Below, piece after piece: positions 59,842 through 64,000 of a DNA stretch of 64,000 bases (the first letter of the stretch is position 1; every line of letters starts with the position of its first letter). The DNA is from Candidatus Limnocylindrales bacterium (GTDB taxonomy: Bacteria; Chloroflexota; Limnocylindria; Limnocylindrales; CSP1-4). Made by a program: the position numbers and the translations under genes. Under the pieces are notes generated by a model. That model was given only the letters and a program-made list of their open reading frames with translations. It was not told the DNA's origin and searched no databases. The DNA lies in contig JBBRNM010000005.1 of NCBI GenBank assembly GCA_038230295.1, positions 779 through 64,778 on the forward strand, in the 5' to 3' direction.

Positions 59842-61152
59842 TCATTCGCGGTCGTGGACCATGAGCCACCCGTAGAGCTCGGTCAGAAGAGCCAGGCCGA
59901 CCCGGGCAGACAACATCGCCGCGAGCCCGAAGCTCGCCCAGAGCCAACCGGCGAGCAGCGGCCCAACCGTCTCACCGACGGAGTACGCGGTATCGAGGTC
60001 GGCGATGGCCGCCGCGCTCCGGGTCTCGCCGTGCTCTCCTGTGACGAGGGCCCCCCAGGTCGGTCGGAAGGCCGCCTTGCCGGCATCGTCGAGGAAGCGC
60101 CCAGCGGCCACTCCCGCGAACGTCGGGACGAAGAGGAAGACGAGCGATGAGGCGGCGTTGGATATCGTGCGGACCAGCAGCACGAGTCGCCGGCCGAAGC
60201 GATCTGAGAGCCAGCCGAACGTCGGGCCGCCCACGATCAGGACCACCGCGGAGCCGGTCAGGATGAGGCCCGTCTCAGCCTCGCTGAGGTGAGCGTATCG
60301 GGTGGCGATGATCGGGAACATGCCGTAGAGCATCTGCGCGGTGGCGGCCACCAGCCCTCCGAAGAGCGCCAGCCTGCGGATCGACTGCCTCGGCCCAGAC
60401 GGGGCCTCCGTGGTCGGCGCGGCCGTCGGGCGGTCGAGGTCGGCCGTCGCGCCCTCGAGCTCGCCGTCATCGTTCGCTGCCGCGATCTCGGCTGCAGATG
60501 GCGGTGCGCCGATTGGTCGCCGGCGACCCGGAAGGATCCGGGCCACAACGACCCAGGCGATCGCCGAGGTCGCCATTGCGATGAGGAACGGGATGCGGTA
60601 GTTGCTCCCGCTCAAGGTCAGCGTGAGCCCAGCCGCGCTGTACCCGAGCGCGCCGCCGACGTCCTTGGCCGTGGTGTACCAGGCGAACGAGCGAGCCAGC
60701 CTGCCCTCCGGGGCATGATCCGCCAGCATGGTCATCGCCACCGGGTCGCGGGCCGCGACCGAGGCACCGTGGACGCCCCGGACGAGGAAGAGCTGGATCG
60801 GCGACGAGGTGAGCGCGAAGAGTCCGCTAGTCAGCACCCGGCCGGCGATCGCCCCGAGGTATACCGGCTTTGTTCCGAAGCGGACCGCCAGGCGCCCCAT
60901 CAGCGGCTTGATGGCGACGATCGAGACGCCCCGGACGGCGCCCAGGAGGCCGACGTCGAGGACGTTCATCCCGATCGAGAGCGCGTAGAGGGGCAGGGTG
61001 AAATTGACCATCCCGAAGCCGAGTCGGGTCAGGAAGCCCTCCGCGGCGAGCACTGCCAGGACTCGGCGCGGATCGACGGGCACCGGGGGCAGAGCCGCGG
61101 CCGTGGCGGTGCCCGATGCTCCGGCCGCCGACGTCCCACCCGCCCACGTCAT
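59842..61152 (-). CDS. MFS transporter
   Basis: ATG 61152 overlaps the upstream ATP-grasp stop (ATGA). About 12 hydrophobic helices. Trimmed from the 59842..61269 ORF. Confidence 0.85.
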   Translation of the reverse strand: MTWAGGTSAAGASGTATAAALPPVPVDPRRVLAVLAAEGFLTRLGFGMVNFTLPLYALSIGMNVLDVGLLGAVRGVSIVAIKPLMGRLAVRFGTKPVYLGAIAGRVLTSGLFALTSSPIQLFLVRGVHGASVAARDPVAMTMLADHAPEGRLARSFAWYTTAKDVGGALGYSAAGLTLTLSGSNYRIPFLIAMATSAIAWVVVARILPGRRRPIGAPPSAAEIAAANDDGELEGATADLDRPTAAPTTEAPSGPRQSIRRLALFGGLVAATAQMLYGMFPIIATRYAHLSEAETGLILTGSAVVLIVGGPTFGWLSDRFGRRLVLLVRTISNAASSLVFLFVPTFAGVAAGRFLDDAGKAAFRPTWGALVTGEHGETRSAAAIADLDTAYSVGETVGPLLAGWLWASFGLAAMLSARVGLALLTELYGWLMVHDRE

Positions 61153-61982
61153 GCCGGCACTGAGGCGAGCCGAACCAGGAGGTGGTCTGCCAGCAGCCGG
61201 CCTGCGTCCGGCACGCCCTTGAAGCCGGGGAAGTGGTTGACGTCGACGATGACGAAGTCGTCGCCGCACTCGAGCATGTCGACGCCGAAGAGCTCCAACC
61301 CGAACAGCGCGCGGCAGCGTCGCGCGAGTTCGGCCGCCTCCGCCGGGAGGGGTACCGGCACCCCGGCCTCGCCGGAGCCTGCGCCGTGCTCCTTGCGCAC
61401 GGCGAAGAGACGCTCGCCGATCCCGTACACCTTCAGATCGCGGCCATCGCTGGGCACCAACTCCTGGACGAGCACCGGGCCGAAGAGCGGCCGCGCTCGC
61501 AGCGCCCGCGCCTCCCCCTCGTTTGTCACCCGGTAGACGTCACGACCGAGGTCGCCGCCGGCCGGCTTGACGATCGCGGGCAGGACCGGCAGCTGGTCCA
61601 CCGCCTGGTGCTGATCCGACGCCAGCCAACTTGCCGGGACCGGCAACCCGGCCCGTCGAAGGTGTGCGATCGCCTCGACCTTGTCGCGCACGGCGCGTAC
61701 AGCCGCGAGCGGGTTGATCACCACGTTACCCGCCGCCTCCGCCGCCGCCGCCGCGCTCAGGCTGACGTCGGTGTGAGCCTTGAGGACGCACAGGTCGAAG
61801 GGGAGCGGCCCGTCGAGCCGGCAGGGCGCCTCGCCGAAGTCCTGGACGACCTCGACTCCGGCGCGGTCGAGGATCGCCAGCATCTCCTCCACGACGGGGC
61901 GCGGGTACGGCCGCTCGGCCATCCACAGGAGGATTCGGCGCCTCGGTCGGGTCGCCAGCTCGGCCGATCGGGTGCGTTGCAT
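61149..61982 (-). CDS. ATP-grasp domain protein (RimK-like ligase family), paralogue B
   Basis: ATG 61982 opens MQRTRSAEL. Motifs: PAIVKPAGGDLGRDV, VLVQELVPSDGRDLKVYGIGERLFAVRK, GLELFGVDML and VIVDVNHFPGFKG. Confidence 0.8.
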   Translation of the reverse strand: MQRTRSAELATRPRRRILLWMAERPYPRPVVEEMLAILDRAGVEVVQDFGEAPCRLDGPLPFDLCVLKAHTDVSLSAAAAAEAAGNVVINPLAAVRAVRDKVEAIAHLRRAGLPVPASWLASDQHQAVDQLPVLPAIVKPAGGDLGRDVYRVTNEGEARALRARPLFGPVLVQELVPSDGRDLKVYGIGERLFAVRKEHGAGSGEAGVPVPLPAEAAELARRCRALFGLELFGVDMLECGDDFVIVDVNHFPGFKGVPDAGRLLADHLLVRLASVPA

Positions 61983-61984
61983 CG

Positions 61985-62794
61985 TCAGTAGACCTCGGCC
62001 ATCGGGCGCTCGGTCTGTCGCGCGACACCCAGGAGGTAGCCAGCGATCCACTCGGCAGGGTCAGGGATAGCGGTGAAGCTCGGGAAATCATTCACCTCGA
62101 CGACCTGCCAGCCATCGTCCGTGCGCAGCAGGTCGACACCGTAGATCTCCAGACCGAAGAGCCGGCCGCAGAGCAAAGCCAGCCGCTCCACCTCGAGCGG
62201 CACTGGCAGCTCCTCCGTCGGGCCGCTGCCGCCGTGAAGCGGCGATGGTTTGCGGACCAGGCGGACCGACTCGCCCACCACGTACGCCTTGAGGTCGTAA
62301 CCAGCGTTGGAGACGTAGCGCTGGGCGTAGACGGGCCGCTCGGGAAGCGAGTCGAGCTCGCGACGCGAGCGGAGAAGCCGCACCCCCTCGCCGGCCTCGC
62401 CGACGAGGGGCTTGATCACGAGCGGGTAGGCGTCCGCCGGCACGCTCCTCAGCAGCGCCGGCCGCTCGGCCAGGAAGGTCGGCGGATGGGGGATTCGCCG
62501 GGCGCGGAGCGTCGCCGTCGTGATCGCCTTGTTGGAGCTGAACTCGATCGCCCGGAAACGATTGACGATCTTCGCGCCGCGCGCGTCGAGGACGGCGAGC
62601 GCCGCCATGCCGCTCGCGCTGCGGCAGCGAGCGACGTACAGCTCATAGCTCACCTCGAGAGTCCCCAGGTTGACCGTCGTCTCCTCGGGAATCCAGACGT
62701 CCACGTGATGGCCGCGATCGCGCAGAACGACGACGAGGGCCGCCGGCAGGTGGCTCTCGACGTGGCGGCGCTGGACGACGATGCAGATCCTCAC
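61985..62794 (-). CDS. ATP-grasp domain protein (RimK-like ligase family), paralogue A
   Basis: GTG start. Motifs: PLVIKPLVGEAGEGV, YAQRYVSNAGYDLKAYVVGESVRLVRK, GLEIYGVDLL and VVEVNDFPSFTAI. Confidence 0.8.
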   Translation of the reverse strand: MRICIVVQRRHVESHLPAALVVVLRDRGHHVDVWIPEETTVNLGTLEVSYELYVARCRSASGMAALAVLDARGAKIVNRFRAIEFSSNKAITTATLRARRIPHPPTFLAERPALLRSVPADAYPLVIKPLVGEAGEGVRLLRSRRELDSLPERPVYAQRYVSNAGYDLKAYVVGESVRLVRKPSPLHGGSGPTEELPVPLEVERLALLCGRLFGLEIYGVDLLRTDDGWQVVEVNDFPSFTAIPDPAEWIAGYLLGVARQTERPMAEVY

Positions 62795-62835
62795 GGACTG
62801 ACTTTGCCAGACAGTCCGGAGCGCGATGATGAGAC

Positions 62836-62859
62836 GGAGATGAGATGCCTTTCATCTCC
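62836..62859. other. hairpin GGAGATGA-N8-TCATCTCC built from the tRNA-Ala acceptor-stem core
   Basis: Read directly. It lies about 40 nt upstream of the ATP-grasp operon start. A second hairpin, GGACTG-N11-CAGTCC (62795-62817), abuts the start codon. Confidence 0.5.
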
Positions 62860-63044
62860 CGAAACCGCCGCGGTCGGTCGAAGCGATGGTCGGCCGACAT
62901 TCCTGCCAATCCTTCGAGACGTTCGGCCTCAGGGCCGCCGACGGGCGGCCGAGCCGTGAGCTGGAACCTGGCGGTCACGACCTCGACGGCGCTCCCACGT
63001 GTCGGGTATACGCGCTCTCCCGCGCCGTCGAGCGCCATTCGTCA

Positions 63045-63112
63045 GCACCCTCGATCAGAATCTGCCTCTATCCTGAGTGGGTATGCGCAGGTTCGAATCC
63101 TCTCGAGGGTGC
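63045..63112 (+). other. tRNA-like fragment (non-canonical, probably degenerate)
   Basis: A 9-bp closing stem GCACCCTCG/CGAGGGTGC encloses a canonical T-loop sequence, GCAGG-TTCGAAT-CCTCT. The interior is about 10 nt too short for D and anticodon arms, and the T stem has a mismatch. Confidence 0.35.
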
Positions 63113-63230
63113 GACTTCTGGAGCGCAGCGATGACAGGTACCGAGACAGCTATAGAATCTGCATGGCAGTGTCGCGAACTAGCCCGAGCAGCCTGGATTT
63201 GAACGGAACGACGGTGGTTTGACAGGGCCG

Positions 63231-63244
63231 CTCATCTCCACCAC
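63231..63244 (+). repeat. 14-nt direct repeat, copy 2: CTCATCTCCACCAC
   Basis: Exact copy of the tRNA-Ala 3' end at 57533-57546. No T arm precedes it, so it is not a tRNA gene. Confidence 0.85.
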
Positions 63245-63335
63245 TGTGTCTTCAGGTGGGCTTGTCGCGGCGGCTGATGGCGCCGGCGAATCCCCCAACG
63301 CCCACCGATATTGAGCTGGGCGATGCCTCTCCAGA

Positions 63336-63476
63336 TCACTCGACGCGCCACGGATCGCCGTCCCAGGTGAGCCACGCGACGCCAGTGAATAGCCAGCCAT
63401 TCGAGGCCGTGCTGAGCTCGCACCATTCGAGCCCCGGGACGTCGCTTCGGTCCCACAGCACTCGTCGCTCAGCCAC
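63336..63476 (-). pseudogene. N-terminal fragment of a putative glycolipid-binding-family gene
   Basis: GTG 63476 reads VAERRVLWDRSDVPGLEWCELSTASNGWLFTGVAWLTWDGDPWRVE and then stops. It resembles the first 45 or so residues of that family as I recall it. No continuation is visible in any frame. Confidence 0.4.
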
Positions 63477-63562
63477 GGCGCGATGGTATCGGCGCTCACG
63501 TGAAACTGGCACACTATGCCCCCGCTCGCCCTCGATCCTGTCGAGTGCGCGCGTCGCCGTGT

Positions 63563-63647
63563 GGGTCGGTCGGGCAGGTGGTGAGCCCAAGGGTCTGTAA
63601 AACCCTCGTCTTCGACTGTGGCGGTTCGATTCCGCCCCGGCCCACCA
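63563..63647 (+). tRNA. tRNA-Tyr (anticodon GTA)
   Basis: Folded by hand: acceptor GGGTCGG/CCGGCCC, D arm GGGC/GCCC, anticodon stem AGGGT/ACCCT with loop CTGTAAA, a long variable arm, T arm GGCGG-TTCGATT-CCGCC, and an encoded ACCA end. 85 nt. Confidence 0.9.
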
Positions 63648-63658
63648 ATTCACTCTGG

Positions 63659-64000
63659 TCAGGCTGGCGCGGGTTCGAGCGCGCCCTGGAGCGCATGGGC
63701 ATGTCGCCGGAGCCACGCTCGCTCGGCGAGGTGATTCGGGCGACGGGCCGCGACGAGCGCCCAGAAGCGAGGTCCGTGGCCGAAGATCTTCAGATGCGCC
63801 AGCTCGTGGACGACGACTGTCTCGAGCGCGTCCGGCGGCGCAAGCACGAGCCGCCACGAGAACATGAGCCGCCCCCGCTTCGAGGCACTCCCCCAGCGGC
63901 TCTTCGGATCTCGGAGCGCAATGGCGGTCGGCGCCACGCCAAGGTCCGTCGCATGGGCCGCAACCGCCCGCGAGATCGCTTCGTCGGCGCGCTCGCGAAA
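63659..64000 (-). CDS. M48/YgjP-like (DUF45) metallopeptidase, N-terminus beyond window edge
   Basis: RWGSASKRGRLMFSWRL and the zinc motif HELAHL. The frame stays open upstream of the tracked GTG to nt 64000 (FRERADEAISRAVAAHATDLG). Confidence 0.8.
   Translation of the reverse strand, partial: FRERADEAISRAVAAHATDLGVAPTAIALRDPKSRWGSASKRGRLMFSWRLVLAPPDALETVVVHELAHLKIFGHGPRFWALVAARRPNHLAERAWLRRHAHALQGALEPAPA

Noticed and set aside
63045-63112. A functional tRNA gene, because of the perfect GGTTCGAATCC T-loop and a 9-bp acceptor-like stem.
   Set aside because: The acceptor-bounded core is only 64 nt. No D arm or 7-nt anticodon loop can be drawn. The T stem has a C-C mismatch and there is no CCA or discriminator context. 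It is kept only as a tRNA-like fragment.
62836-63244. A plus-strand tmRNA (ssrA). A 5' GGAGATGAG could pair with the 3' CTCATCTCC-ACCA over about 410 nt, which is close to tmRNA size.
   Set aside because: No T arm precedes the 3' acceptor strand (GGTTT/GACAGGG/CCGCT does not fold). Position 3:70 would be A:U rather than the G:U needed for alanylation. The 5' element forms a tight local hairpin instead. I found no resume codon or ...LAA-stop tag frame, and no GGAUUCGAC-type 5' motif in that orientation.
62795-63250. A T-box riboswitch leader for the ATP-grasp operon, because UGGU plus acceptor complementarity to tRNA-Ala occurs on the minus strand.
   Set aside because: The UGGU element lies about 440 nt from the start codon rather than in an antiterminator next to it. 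I found no GGGUGGNACCGCG T-box consensus and no recognisable Stem I or specifier loop. T-boxes pair with only 4 nt of the tRNA end.

Overview
High-GC bacterial chromosomal segment, by eye well above 60% G+C. Genes are almost all on the minus strand and tightly packed, often chained by 4-nt start/stop overlaps. The organisation resembles a high-GC monoderm (Actinomycetota or Chloroflexota).

Recognisable content, left to right:
- Methionine and purine salvage: ahcY, GNAT, mtnA, apt.
- mfd-pth, then ybeY-pgpH-yqeY-rpsU.
- An acyl-CoA ligase, then prmA-dnaJ.
- A family-5 uracil-DNA glycosylase, a DrrABC-like ABC exporter and lspA.
- The lepA-hemW-hrcA-grpE-dnaK block, with a perfect CIRCE operator.
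- rpsT, then a glucokinase-gap-pgk-eno cluster.
- A 1197-aa lamin-tail-domain (LTD) surface protein and a GH3 lipoprotein.
- An SOS mutasome cassette (imuA'-imuB-dnaE2) with two LexA boxes.
- tRNA-Ala(CGC), then a two-component system + MFS + two tandem ATP-grasp ligases, then tRNA-Tyr(GTA).

I saw no rRNA, CRISPR array, transposase or integrase.

Most interesting observations:
1. The two-component/MFS/double ATP-grasp operon lies between the tRNA-Ala 3' end and an exact 14-nt copy of that end. It is preceded by about 0.5 kb of lower-GC, hairpin-rich noncoding DNA that contains a tRNA-like fragment. This is either an integrase-less island scar or a new leader RNA.
2. Two unannotated paralogous 32-aa membrane peptides sit downstream of dnaK.
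3. The mutasome is atypical. ImuB is split at a GTGA junction, DnaE2 carries a roughly 300-codon low-complexity insertion, and a TisB-like hydrophobic small ORF sits beside one SOS box.
4. Ribosomal protein S20 is fused to a histone-H1-like Ala/Lys tail.
5. There is an LTD plus multi-OB-like surface protein with no catalytic domain.

Two apparent single-base frame problems (the VOC gene and imuB) and one truncated gene fragment mean assembly errors must be excluded before drawing biological conclusions. Most long plus-strand ORFs in the track are antisense artefacts of the high GC content.
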